DNA from: Penicillus capitatus
Lineage: Eukaryota; Plantae; Chlorophyta
Direction: 5' to 3'
DNA length: 64,000 bases
Assembly: GCA_965649825.1 (NCBI GenBank)
Contig: OZ287699.1
Span: 1,084,477-1,148,476, forward strand
Below are positions 1 through 11,265 of the stretch, piece by piece (position 1 is the stretch's first letter; each line of letters begins with the position of its first letter). The notes below the pieces were generated by a model, which was not told the origin of the DNA, made no database searches, and worked only from the letters and a program-made list of their open reading frames with translations. The position numbers and the translations under genes were made by a program.

Positions 1-1143
1 CACGCATCCACACCATAAAATGCTCATCTTCATCCAGCGGGCCTGATCATCGACAACAGAGAGATGAGAAGAGAACGGCGGCCACCGATACCTTACCATC
101 GATGGTTTTACCTCCGCGGTATTTTGCCTCTTTATTAAAGTACTGTGCTTCCATATCTCCATAAAGATACTTGCGATCCCACTCCGTCGCAATGCCTTTT
201 TCCTAACAGGCATCTCTCTCTTCAGCAAGGCGCGTGCGATGGAAGAGATAGAACCGTCGCACCTCCATCTGAACATCCCCTAACGGCTCGTCCTGAGCGT
301 CTTGGACAGACTCGAGGGTGAAGGAATCGTTGAAGAAGGAGTGTGCCATCAATCCACAAGGAAGTATGGGCCCTGCACAACATTCCGTCCTCCAGTATCA
401 TCCATCTAAGCTCAATCATGTTCCACGTACGGGTCTGATCGATAGAGTCATCTTCTGGGTTCTTTGCGTATTGATAGGGTTTGCAATAATCACTTCCTGC
501 TGGCTTGTCTCCTCCAAGCTGCTTCGGATCTTTGCTGCGAATGTATCTGAAATAGCAACCACTCACGATCGGGTTCCCCTGCTCTGCCTGCCGCTCACCT
601 CTTATGGTTCTGGTAATAGTCTTTTAACTCGTAGTAGACGTACACCTAGGCATGCGCATTCATAAGAGATCGATTTTTGCTGTATCAACAGTGTCAGTAT
701 TGCCACGTATTCTGCGAGATTTGGGTGTTTGTATGTACGATGGTTACCGGACTATTCATGTTCTCAGAAATTGAGAATATGTGATTTTCTGTATGAGTCT
801 CATTCCCCCGCTGAATGATCTCTTTTCTTTCATCGTTTGTTAACCGCGTCTTATCATTCAACGTGAAATTGTCATATCTGAGGATCACTTCCGTATTTTC
901 CAGTGTTTGCCAGAACAAGGCAGCTCCAAGAGGAATAGCCGCGACGGTGAGCATGCAGAAAAACACAGCCGAATAACACAGTGAGGGCGTGGGACTCATG
1001 CATGCTGACAATTCTTGTCGCACGAACTTCTTAAAGTAAGCAGAAAAGACAGATGGTTTCCGTGAAGCTTCCCCCTTGCTCATTCCCAGCGCCGTGTCGT
1101 CGTACGAGTTCGACGGCAAGCGGCTCACGGAAGTCAGCGACAT
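1..1143 (-). CDS. CDC50/LEM3 family P4-ATPase (flippase) beta subunit; spliced, runs off the window start
   Basis: Exons give F.RQEL.A..P + TM + RYDN, VYVYYELKDYYQNHKRYIRSKD, PILPCGLMAHSFFNDSFTL, EKGIATEWD and EHFMVWMR, all CDC50-type motifs. GT-AG introns such as 646-747. Start at ATG 1143 or 1083. Confidence 0.85.
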
Positions 1144-1449
1144 CGGACAGAGCTAACCAGCGAAGCCTCGACGACGTCAGCCACTGTCGTGTACGAAGAC
1201 GACAAAAAATAAGAAGCTCAGGTGACCGTGGTTATTTTACAAGATACTCAACGCGACGATGTGGCGATTGGCAAAAAGGACGGTGAAATGGGCACGCAGC
1301 GAGCGATATGACTATGGCATGTCGCTTCATCGACGCTTCTGCTCACAGTCGGATGATGAAAACTTCGTAGCTCGTATCTCAGTGGAAACGAGCGCGATGG
1401 CGACCCGCGTGTTCAAAAATACCCAACCCCCTCCTTTTTAGTGGCTTAC

Positions 1450-1840
1450 CGGTGAAGGCATCTTTTTGTCCGTTGTGATCTCCAAGAGTGACTGGTGTCC
1501 GGCATCCGCCTCTCGAATGCGTTGCAGTCTTAGCGAGTTATTTTCTGCCTTGAAATTGTCATACCTGGAAAGCAAAAGCAGCCCCATACATCGAGTGCTG
1601 ACAAGAAGAAATGGGTCATGTACTGGGTACGGACCTGTATGTAAAATCGATGTTTTGCTTAGAGAAGTAAAACAGTGCCCCACCCAGTGGCAGGGCCACG
1701 ACGGTAACAATGACGTAAAAACCAACGGCCCAGCTGAAGCGTGGGATCGGTTGCCATTTGCTTTTTGAATTTCCTTTGGCGAAACGCTGAAACCACTCAG
1801 GGCCATTGATAAGCGACGTCTTTTTATCGCTCATAGCCAT
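1450..1840 (-). CDS. Second CDC50-type N-terminal module (two exons, 1840-1635 and 1564-1450); truncated paralog or alternative 5' exons
   Basis: MAMSDKK...WQPIPRFSWAVGFYVIVTVVALPLGGALFYFS...RYDNF...MPSP followed by a GTAAGC donor. It parallels the N-terminus of the 1143 gene. No YQNH or PCG exons are found between 1450 and 1143. Confidence 0.6.
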
Positions 1841-1969
1841 AACGCGTTCAGCCGGATGCTAACACACGAAAGAACGATACACAGCAGAGACGAATAAAAC
1901 AGCAGAAGGTACGCGTGCGGGCCAGCTAGTTCCAATCAATGTCGTCGTCATGTGTCCCATCTGTGACAT

Positions 1970-4076
1970 CTATCTCTCGCGACGTGGGCGCATCGGGCCG
2001 GTGAATAACTCCAAACAGGCACGGCTTTTGACGAGTCGATGCAAGTAGTATTGCCCATCCGAAGAGTAACGACTCTCAATCTGCAGGACAGAGTGAAGGA
2101 GGGGTTCAGATTCGAAAGGGGAGACCAGTGGAATGTAGGAACGGTGACGAGATAGACGGAGAGGATCGAGAAACCATTGCATCTCCTGCGGTGCAATGAA
2201 CCCACAGGCAGTTCTCCCGGTGATGTGACACATGAACAGGTAGACAGATTGAATGTCTTCGACCTGAAGAAATCACATAAGACGGAGATGGGAGTCGAGA
2301 GAGGGACACACAGTAGCCGTCTCATCGTTGTCAAGATCCAGAAGTCGAGCGAGGTGTTCCGCGGAGCACTGCATGAATTCCTCTCCTGTCATCCTGACCT
2401 TCATGGCGTGTTGATGTGACACGCCGTGCTCGACTAAGACACAGCGCAACTGCTCTGGAGAGTGGTCGACGAGGGGCAGATCGTGAGGGGCAAAATCGCC
2501 CAGACGCTCAAAAACGATCCTCATGACGGACTACATTCAGAATCCATGACGGATGTCATGGAGAGAGGGCAGAGGTGGAGGAGGTACAGGGAATGCCCAG
2601 GTATTGGACCGAGTTCTGAGCAACTCGAGCTCCTTCTTCCATAAAGATAGAAGCTCTATGGATTCGACAGAACCCTTCTCGAGCACTTCCATGATCCTGG
2701 CTCGAATACGGTCATGCGTCGCTTTCTTGAGTGTACCCCGCATAACAGCAGGAGAGGATTCGGGTAGGGTCAGAATCGGAGCAATAAACGAGCTCATGTA
2801 CTCCTACAAACGGACACATCCACTCCAGCAGCTGCAAAACACGTGCCTCGACAGACTCGAAAAATGATGTCGCTATTGAGTGCCAGGACTGTCAGGATCC
2901 CAGCTGACATCCAATGCATCGATCGCCCGTTCGGCTGCTGACTGGATCTGGTATGCTTGAACACAGAAGCAGCGAGGCAGAAGGTTGCAAAGTGTGGTCT
3001 TCCGTGAAGAGGCATGACATCCAGAATGGCAAAGAGCGTATCCACGCGCTCCAGATCCAGAGGCTGTATCATCCAGTACATCGTCAGGCAGCGTAACACC
3101 TCTGACGACACACGATGGGTCCCTTCCATCCTGGACAGCATGTCATAATGACCTGTCTCATCTTGCAGTTCTGGTGCGGTTGGATATGTCAGAAGGGAAT
3201 GCAGGAACGTCAATGCATGTTCCAGAAAGGGATGCTGTGCTTCGATCGCTTCGCATGCTTGCTCAACACATTCCAGCAGCATTGGCACATAGACACTATG
3301 GTATAACAGCTTTAAGAACGGAAATAAGGAGTGCCGTCCTGACTGGATATTCACAATCCTCCGATACATCCATAGGAGATTCAGAATCGATGCCATTTGG
3401 TGTCGTATATCCATATGGCTCTCACGGATGATCCGACGGACGATCTGTACAGAATCTTCTGTCTCCAGGAGCCGCTGAAAGAATGGATGCCTCTCGAGCG
3501 TCACATACAACACCCTCAGCAAGCAGCGCAGGTGATCTGATAAGACAGATGCGTCAGTCACCCGACGCCATGGCCAACCGTACACGGCACCTTCTTCTGG
3601 ACTTTGTTGAATGACGTCGAGGATCAGACGAACGTGCTCCTCTCGGAAATTGCCGGCCGTATTGCACAAGGCACGGGACGCTGTTTGCCACAGTCGCTGT
3701 CAGTGGCACATTCAGCTTAAGAGAGCCGACTGGCGTAGCGTCAACGGCATCACTTTTCCGGACGAAGCGTCGCAGAGATAGCTGACATTCCAGTCCTCCT
3801 TCGTCATCATTGGCTCCTCTTCCGGACGCTCATTGGATCGCACCTCGAACAACGTTCGTCCGAAGCGCCTTCGATGCGCGATCGCGAATCGCGTCGACGC
3901 CTTTTAACCGTCAAATGCAGCAATGGCGGCGCGAACGGCGAACGAAGACACGTTGTCGATCTCTCCACCCTTACCACTCGACTTCCAATCCAGTTCAACA
4001 AGCGATCCATCGGAGTATCAGACAAAAAGATACGACAACGACATGTGACGACACCCTTTATGTTGGCATGCCCCAT
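1970..4076 (-). CDS. Multi-exon protein of unknown function; boundaries approximate
   Basis: Chain of long minus-strand ORFs (2794-3669, 2537-2797, 2273-2524, 1970-2233) with protein-like composition and interspersed GT-AG segments. The stretch MTGEEFMQCSAEHLARLL is weakly SAM-domain-like. The start is uncertain. Confidence 0.5.
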
Positions 4077-4084
4077 CACGGCAG

Positions 4085-4645
4085 TCATTTCGTCGTTTGA
4101 TCCGTTTGAGCGTCGCTCGGCATCCGTCGCATCTTCTTTAATGGAACGGCTTCGCGTTGCAGCCACCAGTAATCCGACAGCGGCATACGCTCAGGATCAC
4201 AAGCAACGTGATAACCACGAGCATTTGTTACGAGTGTCACCGTGATGCTGGGGATCGTCTCGAATACATCAAAGAACGGCTCGATTTCGGGAAAGAGCAC
4301 GACAGACTGGACATCAAACGTAAAACGACCGTCCTTAAAGGACGTCAACTTCGAAGGCAGTCCACGAAACTCCTCGTTGCGTGCAAAAGCAAAGAGACAC
4401 GTTTTCGTTAGAAATGCACGGATGTCTTCGGCTCGAGTGAGACGTAGCTTCGTGCCGATGCACTGGTGGCGTCGCACTTCGAGTTCAGAGTCTGGACGTT
4501 CGGCGAATATGGGTTTCGGCTTCTTGCCAGTCAGGAGACGCAGCAACGCCATTTCCAGGACGACAAAACGCCGATCATCGCAACCAGCTTTGTGTTTGAG
4601 CGTCAGGAAAATTTTGCGAACTCGGGGAACCCGTGCAAAATTCAT
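4085..4645 (-). CDS. rpl5: Bacterial/mitochondrial-type ribosomal protein uL5, intronless
   Basis: VPRVRKIFL...LLTGKKPKP...IGTKLRL...FRGL...FPEIEPFFDVFETIPSITVTLVTNA matches the uL5 pattern. The FPE.E..F..FE.I....VT..T.A tail resembles mitochondrial rpl5. The only in-frame ATG is at 4645. Confidence 0.7.
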   Translation of the reverse strand: MNFARVPRVRKIFLTLKHKAGCDDRRFVVLEMALLRLLTGKKPKPIFAERPDSELEVRRHQCIGTKLRLTRAEDIRAFLTKTCLFAFARNEEFRGLPSKLTSFKDGRFTFDVQSVVLFPEIEPFFDVFETIPSITVTLVTNARGYHVACDPERMPLSDYWWLQREAVPLKKMRRMPSDAQTDQTTK

Positions 4646-4710
4646 CTGGTCATTAGACGCATTGCATCGTCCCTTCGTTTGTTGTCCGCCGCCTTCGACT
4701 GACCTCAACG

Positions 4711-5304
4711 ATGACGGTGACACCGAAATGGGCGCGAACGCGCACGAAGCAACGCAGAAAGTCGCGAAAGGTCGGACATCGGTCAGCAGAACGAAGATCG
4801 CAGGATGTGCTCTTGTCGCTTAGGCGCACTTTACGGCGCCGTCGCATGAAAGGCGTATCCTTATGAGTTCGCGTCTCTCGGCTGAACTTCGCAACAAGCA
4901 CGGCGTACAGTTGCTTCTTTTCGCGTGTCTTCATCTCAGTGTGGCGCTCAGGTCAAGTCGTTGCCCGTCCGCAAAGATGATGAGGTGCACATCGTCCGCG
5001 GGACGTATAAGGGACGCGAAGGCAAGGTGATCCAAGTCTATCGTAAGAAATGGGTCATCCACGTGGAACGCGTCACGCGAGAAAAAGTGAACGGTGAGGA
5101 TATCCGCAGACATGCTCCAATGGAGTGAGGGATAATGGAATAGGCGTCACGGTGAATGTCGGGATCCAGCCGAGTAAAGTGGTGATTACGAGATTGAAAC
5201 TGGACAACGATCGGAAAGCTCTGTTGGAGAAGAGGAGAAGAAAAGGAAAGGCGAAAGGGAAGTTCACAGACCAGGACATTCAGGCGATGCAAGATGTGGA
5301 TTGA
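4711..5304 (+). CDS. RPL26: 60S ribosomal protein L26 (uL24), four exons: 4711-4770, 4824-4904, 4952-5093, 5144-5304
   Basis: Spliced protein ...[81 protein letters not shown]... Three GT-AG introns of 53, 47 and 50 nt restore the frame. Confidence 0.95.
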
Positions 5305-6050
5305 ATGCGTTGCCCATAGACATGAACTCATGTGGAAGATTCCCTATTCGCTCCTTGAAAAAGAATGAGAATCGATGATGCCATATCGCGATCGACGCAT
5401 CGACGCCTCTGGTGCTTTTCAGTAATATGTGTCTGTCAGAAGAATGCGGTCATTACGGTTTGGCCAACCCATCTGCATTTTCAATGCGTCTTCGACTGAG
5501 ATCGAGAGCGGCAAGAAACGCAAATCAAGACAAATGCGTTTTCTGTGCAGCGGGAATGTTTTCGGACATAGACAGACAGCTTTGCTATTGCCAGTACATT
5601 AATGCGTGCAGGTCATTTGGCCAATAGCCCTTCCGCAAAGACCACGATACTTGCCATTACTCCCAGTCTTCCTTAAGAAGAATGGAGCTGTCATCTGTTA
5701 CTGCCTAGACGGAATGCATGTGACCTAGACGGTCACTTTCGTAAGTATGGCGTTACACGGGATGATACTTAAAGAGAGACCCTAACGTGCCATATAGCAC
5801 CTTCTCCTTTCTTCGCGTTACGGCAGTTGATGATAATGAAGAGGCCGCGTTTCAGGAGCCTAGCGTCTCAAATTCCAGTTTGAAATGACCACCATTCGTA
5901 TTCAGTACCGCGAACCTCGCTGAGGATCCACCTAGATTCCATTGCCGCGAGCGTGGTATTCCGCACCCTCAGGCCCATGTTCAGCGCGTTCTTGACACGA
6001 CCCTTCGCAATTGGTCATTGGCGTGCTGTGTATCCGGACTTCAGACGCTC

Positions 6051-7117
6051 ATGTTGCGTTTCTCCCGTGCAACGGATGGCGGTGCTATTTTCCGCCGAGA
6101 AGTATCCAGCAATGACACCGTAGCTCCGGCGGGATTTAGCTACTCTTTCTGGAACCTCTTCACCTTGCAGTTCCCTAGTAGGTCCACAGAGACACGCTAT
6201 GGAAGGGAGGCATACTCGACGTTTCTCGAACACGACCTCCTGGCGCATTTCATTGGATGCTTTCCCGGTCCGTTCTTCGTCTATAACCTCGGCAGCGTTC
6301 TACCTCGCTGGTTTACGATACTGTGGCTGCTACTGTCGCTCGTTTTCGCCCCAGCAAACATCTACATCCGAGCATATCACACGTACATCTCCACTTTCGC
6401 TATCCTCTGTGAGTAGTGCATCTATTGTTGTCTGTCATTAGGGAGTTCTATGTGCGGATGCGGATGTCTAGTATCGTCTTCATACGCTTCGTCATACCGT
6501 TCTGTTTCCTGGGCTTCGGAATCTATGATTCGCCACCTTTGGCAAAACTTTCTGCTGTTGTGATGACCATCTGCACCAAGTCTCCCGTGTCGAATATGTT
6601 GTTTTCGTCCATGAATTTGAGATTACTCTTTCATCAGCATATCATTCTTCACACAGTGGCGCTGTTTGTGGCTTATCTCTGGATTCCTGGATTCTGCACC
6701 ACGTGCCTGTCTGAACCGACAGTCCTCGAAAAGTTCAACGATGTCTCGATGGCGTTTCCCTATCCTGCTGTTTCCGTGACGATGTGTGTTGTCTAGATGG
6801 GATACGGCATCGACTGGGTCTTTACAAAAGGCTTGCTCAATAGATCGCCGGATGCAAAGGACTACCCCTGTTGGATGATTTCGGCTCTCGTCATAACTGC
6901 GTTTGGATATATCATTCCAACATTTATTGTTTTTAGTGCAGAAGTGTCATCACGATCAGTGTTTCTCCGAACGAGGATCTCCGAAGAATACCAAGAACCC
7001 CTTGGCAAATTCCGCAGCGATGCTTTGCGCGTTGGGTCCATGGGATGTCTCGCATGTCTCATCGCCACTTGGTTTCTGCTTTCAATGCTGCGGGATACAG
7101 TGGATGACTGGATGTAA
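6051..7117 (+). CDS. Unnamed multi-TM family protein, copy 1 (most divergent), three exons
   Basis: FWNLFTLQF, KSP..., LRLLFHQH, W.PGFCTTC, MGYGIDW, YPCWM, E..SR..FL. Same exon layout as copies 2-7. Start approximate. Confidence 0.75.
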
Positions 7118-7587
7118 TACTGCATAAGTGACGCGCATTTCTTAAGCAAAGGACTCTTGGTGATACAGACGTCCGATCGAGTCTGGATGTCTGTTTGTTT
7201 TTGTTATGAGGAGATGTTATGAGGTATCGCGGATCGAGGAAATTGGAATAACGATCGTCCATTTCCAGTTCCACCTCGCCTCACAAAGACCAATGGTGTG
7301 TGTATGCGTCGTTCGATTTTTTTCCACTCCTCCTAATTGAATCTACGTACCCGCAAAAACACAGATATTTCATTTGTATTGCTGGGACTTCAGTGACAGT
7401 ATTGCTGCTGTTAAGTTTGATGTCTCATCTTCTGGAAATCTGCAGCAACAGGATTTGTATAGCAACGGGGTGTGTACCAGATTTGCGTGTCTTCTGTGGG
7501 AAACAGCATCTCAACGCGTCTGGCGGCCGTCACCCATCGTCCATGCATCGCATTCGGATACGTTTTCCTTTTGCATGAAACGTGGCG

Positions 7588-8627
7588 ATGTGTTTCGTAA
7601 GGGTCAAGAGCAATTTCGCCGCTTACGCCAGCGATAGACAAATAACGAAAACCGTTTCTAAACCTCGGACATTGTGGAGTCCGTTTTCGTTATGTTTCGC
7701 CTCGGCCATGAAGGAAAAACAGTACCGAAGGGCGATGCTTGGCTCCTGGCTCGTCCTCGACGCCGTCGGCTGCTGCTTGGGCGTCCTCTCGACGCCGCTT
7801 CTCTTCATGGCGTATCGCCATGAGTTACCTGCAGTGTTGTACGCAACGTGGTCGTTCTTTTCCTTTGTCCTGGCTCCGCTCGGCATCTACACCAATTTCG
7901 TATACAGGTCAGTCCTGACGGTAGATGCGCGGCTGACGTGATGCCGTTTGCTGCCTAGGAAGAATATGAATCCGGAATCCAGGCTTTGGTACGTGTTGTT
8001 TGTTCGACTGATCATTGGAGCATCCACGATCGGACTGCACAGCCTCGCCACCCAACCCATCTCTTCCATACCTGGACTGCTTCTTCACATACTGACAAAA
8101 TCGCCACTTCTTATCATGGTTATGGCATCATGGATGCATCGTATGGAATTCAGATTCCATGTCTTGGTGCAAAGCGCGGCACTGATTCCGGCTCTCCGCT
8201 GGGTACCGCTATTCTGTGAAACATGCTCGACGGATCTCGCCAATGCACAGAAATTTGAAGAGGTATGAAATCCCGTAGAGCGATCTTGCCCATAAGCATC
8301 GATCTGTTCTCGCAGATGGGTTACGGAATCGACTGGCTGTTGTCCTACACTGTCTTAAACAGAGAACCAGATCCGGCTGTCTATCCTTGCTGGATGATGA
8401 CAGCATTTGTGGTCGTCGTTCTCGGCTATATCCTTCCCTGTTTTTTGATTTTTATGACTGAGATTGCTTCTCGTGCTGCTTTCTTGCAGTCCAGAGTGTC
8501 TCACAAGTTCCACTTTGACATTTTCTCTTATGCAAACAATGCGCACAAATTTGGAGTCTTGGCGGCGCTAGCGTCGATGTTCGCTATGTGGTACACATTA
8601 TCCGTTAGCAGAGATCTTATGTACTAG
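7588..8627 (+). CDS. Unnamed multi-TM family protein, copy 2
   Basis: LWSPFSLCF, HRMEFRFH, LFCETC, MGYGIDW, YPCWMM, EIASRAAFL; three exons. Confidence 0.8.
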
Positions 8628-9180
8628 CCTGCTCTTCCATGTCTCGATCGTATGATTCATGTTTCTCCTGCAATTGTGAGTGTTTAGCAAAACGTTCTGT
8701 CTGGCAATATAAATGTTCCCAATCAACTTGTGAAAAGTCTGCCGTTGGCAAGGTTTTGTGTTCTTTCTGTAATGTATTTCGGCTCGCACATGGTTCAAGA
8801 TGCTGCCGGAACCTAGACAATTCCATTCTCTTTTTGTTTTGGCCCTTGACTCTTCGGAGGACAGCGGATCCATAAAATAACAAACTCGACCGCACTCTGG
8901 TCAGAATGCAAATCTTCATCTCTTTCGGAGATGATGATGATATCTTTGCATTTTAAAAGTTTGCATTGCTTTTCGTGCTGGTATGAGTTCCATAATGACG
9001 GTTCTTTCTGAAATCATGCCATTTGCAAGAAAAGTTAGAGCATGGCGCCGGTTAGCATGTGGCTCTCTACGACGTTTAACGGTTTCGTATCCTCCCTCCC
9101 GCGACCCGATCGATAGATTCCATCTGTCGATCTTAATGCGGTTTCGATTGGTCGTGCGATCCTCGCAGCGTCACTTCGGC

Positions 9181-10212
9181 ATGTGTTGCTCGAATCCTGC
9201 CTTTCATCGCACACACTTTGACGATGAAGCGAAACCGGATAAGTCGAAGAAGGAGATAGCGCACGTATCTTTTTGGAAGCCCTTCTCTCTGAGGTTTCGA
9301 AAGGATGCTCTCGAACGCACTTATCATCTCCAGGTGAGTCCAGGCTGGTACAGGCAGGACGCCGCGTCTTACGGCCTCAGTACAGTTTTCTTGCCCGTAT
9401 TCGTCTATACGATGTGGACAGAGATTCATCCGTGGCACATCGCCATTGTTTCCATTATCAGCCTCTTTGTCGGCCTGCAACTCTGGACCTTTTGGAGAAA
9501 TAGGTCATACAGAGACTTCGAGATTGTCTCCATTCGAGACTCTGCGTGTAGGGCGTTGTTTGTGCGCTACCGTTTTCTGTCGACAGTTTTCGTACGATTG
9601 TTTGTCTTCTTCTTCATCACAAAAGTCTCGAGTGAAATCAAGTTGCCTCACTCTTCGTCCTTCGCTGTTTTGTTGGCCTCTATAATGAAGTCTCCGGCTG
9701 TCCATATGTTCCTAATGTCTTTTCATCACCGTCTGGAATTCAGGTATCACATGCCTGTCCAAACCGCAGTACTTTGCCTGAGTCTTGTCTGGATTCAACC
9801 GTTTTGCCAGACATGCTCGTCTGATCCCTTCATCTCCAAAGAGTTCCAGAAAGTAAGCTCCTCTTCGAAAAGACAAATCTCTCAATGAAGTTCTCTGCAG
9901 TTCGGTCACGGTATCGATTCAATGTTTTCATATACCGTGTTCAACAGAGAGCCAGATCCCACTGTTTATCCGTGTTGGATGATGGCCGTCCTTATTCTTA
10001 TAGTCCTGGGTTTTGTTCTTCCATGCTGGCTCATTTTTGTTGCAGAGGTTGCGGCTCGACGGATGTTCCTACTAAGCAAGACGTCTCAAAAGTTCCGGCA
10101 AAGAATTCTCGAATACTCTGCTGCTGCAATGAGAGTGGCAACGTTAGCGTTTGCGGCTTCCTCTGTAGGAACATGGTTTTTTCTTTCTGCTGTGCGGGAT
10201 CTGTTGTACTAG
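9181..10212 (+). CDS. Unnamed multi-TM family protein, copy 3
   Basis: MCCSNP..FWKPFSLRF, HRLEFRYH, PFCQTC, YPCWMM, EVAARRMFL; three exons. Confidence 0.8.
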
Positions 10213-11103
10213 CTGTCTTGCAGTTCTCTGAAAGACGACAGGTGCAGTCTTTCGAAGCTTTGCTGAGCAGTAGAATGCAGAGTAAGCTGTCTGCCTATCA
10301 ACATGTCCCGTTCTACGTTTATAACTTATCGCACGAGTCCAATCCCACGAGTAGAAGTCTATTTTCGGTGTAAGCCTATAATGTATGCTAAAGTTCAAAG
10401 GTTGGGAGCAGTAATCTATGTCGCAATGGGTATTATGCTTTTCCTAAATGAGCTTTGTGGTGATAGTTCCCACTACCTTTTTTCATAACTAATGGCTCAA
10501 CGGTGCATGTTGTTTGACGTAATGATTTCTTCTCGGTGGCAAAGCATGAATCAAGTCTGGTGTAAATACGATGACGGGATTTTATCTTCTCGTTTGGAAA
10601 CAGTGTTCATGAAGACAACTGAATTTGGGGAAGTCTTACTGAACAGACGTAGTAGGTAGGAACTGTCATGAGTATTGAGTTCATTGATACGAGGTTGATA
10701 CACGTATAGACCTTCGATGTTGATGGTCTAGTACATCTACAGTGGCCCAAGATATCAAACCGTATCGATATTACTGACAGACTATCGACAACCATTGTAC
10801 AGATTGACTTGACGGGGCCCATACAATGATGTTATGATTCGATGATCGTAAGTGTGCGAGTCGTACAGCAATCGTCTGCTAGGTTAGAGTAGTCAGACAG
10901 GCAAAAACTGGAAGCAGGTCAAATACTTATACTCTCTTCCAACCAATGCTGGAAAGAGAATTGTTTACTCTCCTTACCTGTCAAGTGTTCCAAAACACAC
11001 GTAAGAAGTAATGGGGCCTCCTCTCGCTTGTGATGTCTGTGTTTAAGTCTATTGTATGAGCATGGAATAGATTACTGGCACAGGCAAGGTTGTTGCTGTG
11101 ATT

Positions 11104-11265
11104 AGATCAGCCACGGTTCTGCAACAGATGTGAAGATCAGCCACGGTTCTGCAACAGATGTGAAGATCAGCCACGGTTCTGCAACAGATGTGAAGATCAG
11201 CCACGGTTCTGCAACAGATGTGAAGATCAGCCACGGTTCTGCAACAGATGTGAAGATCAACCACG
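11104..11265. repeat. 30-bp minisatellite, five perfect units plus a partial unit
   Basis: AGATCAGCCACGGTTCTGCAACAGATGTGA repeated head-to-tail at 11104, 11134, 11164, 11194 and 11224, then AGATCAACCACG. No spacers. Confidence 0.95.

Noticed and set aside
4085-5304. uL24-uL5 adjacency as a relic of the bacterial spc operon
   Set aside because: The genes are divergent, and RPL26 is the intron-containing eukaryotic cytosolic type, so they have different origins.
11104-11265. CRISPR-like array, and the ORFs 11049-11264 (-) and 11130-11321 (+)
   Set aside because: Units are contiguous with no unique spacers, there are no cas genes and the context is eukaryotic. The ORFs exist only because the 30-bp unit lacks stops.
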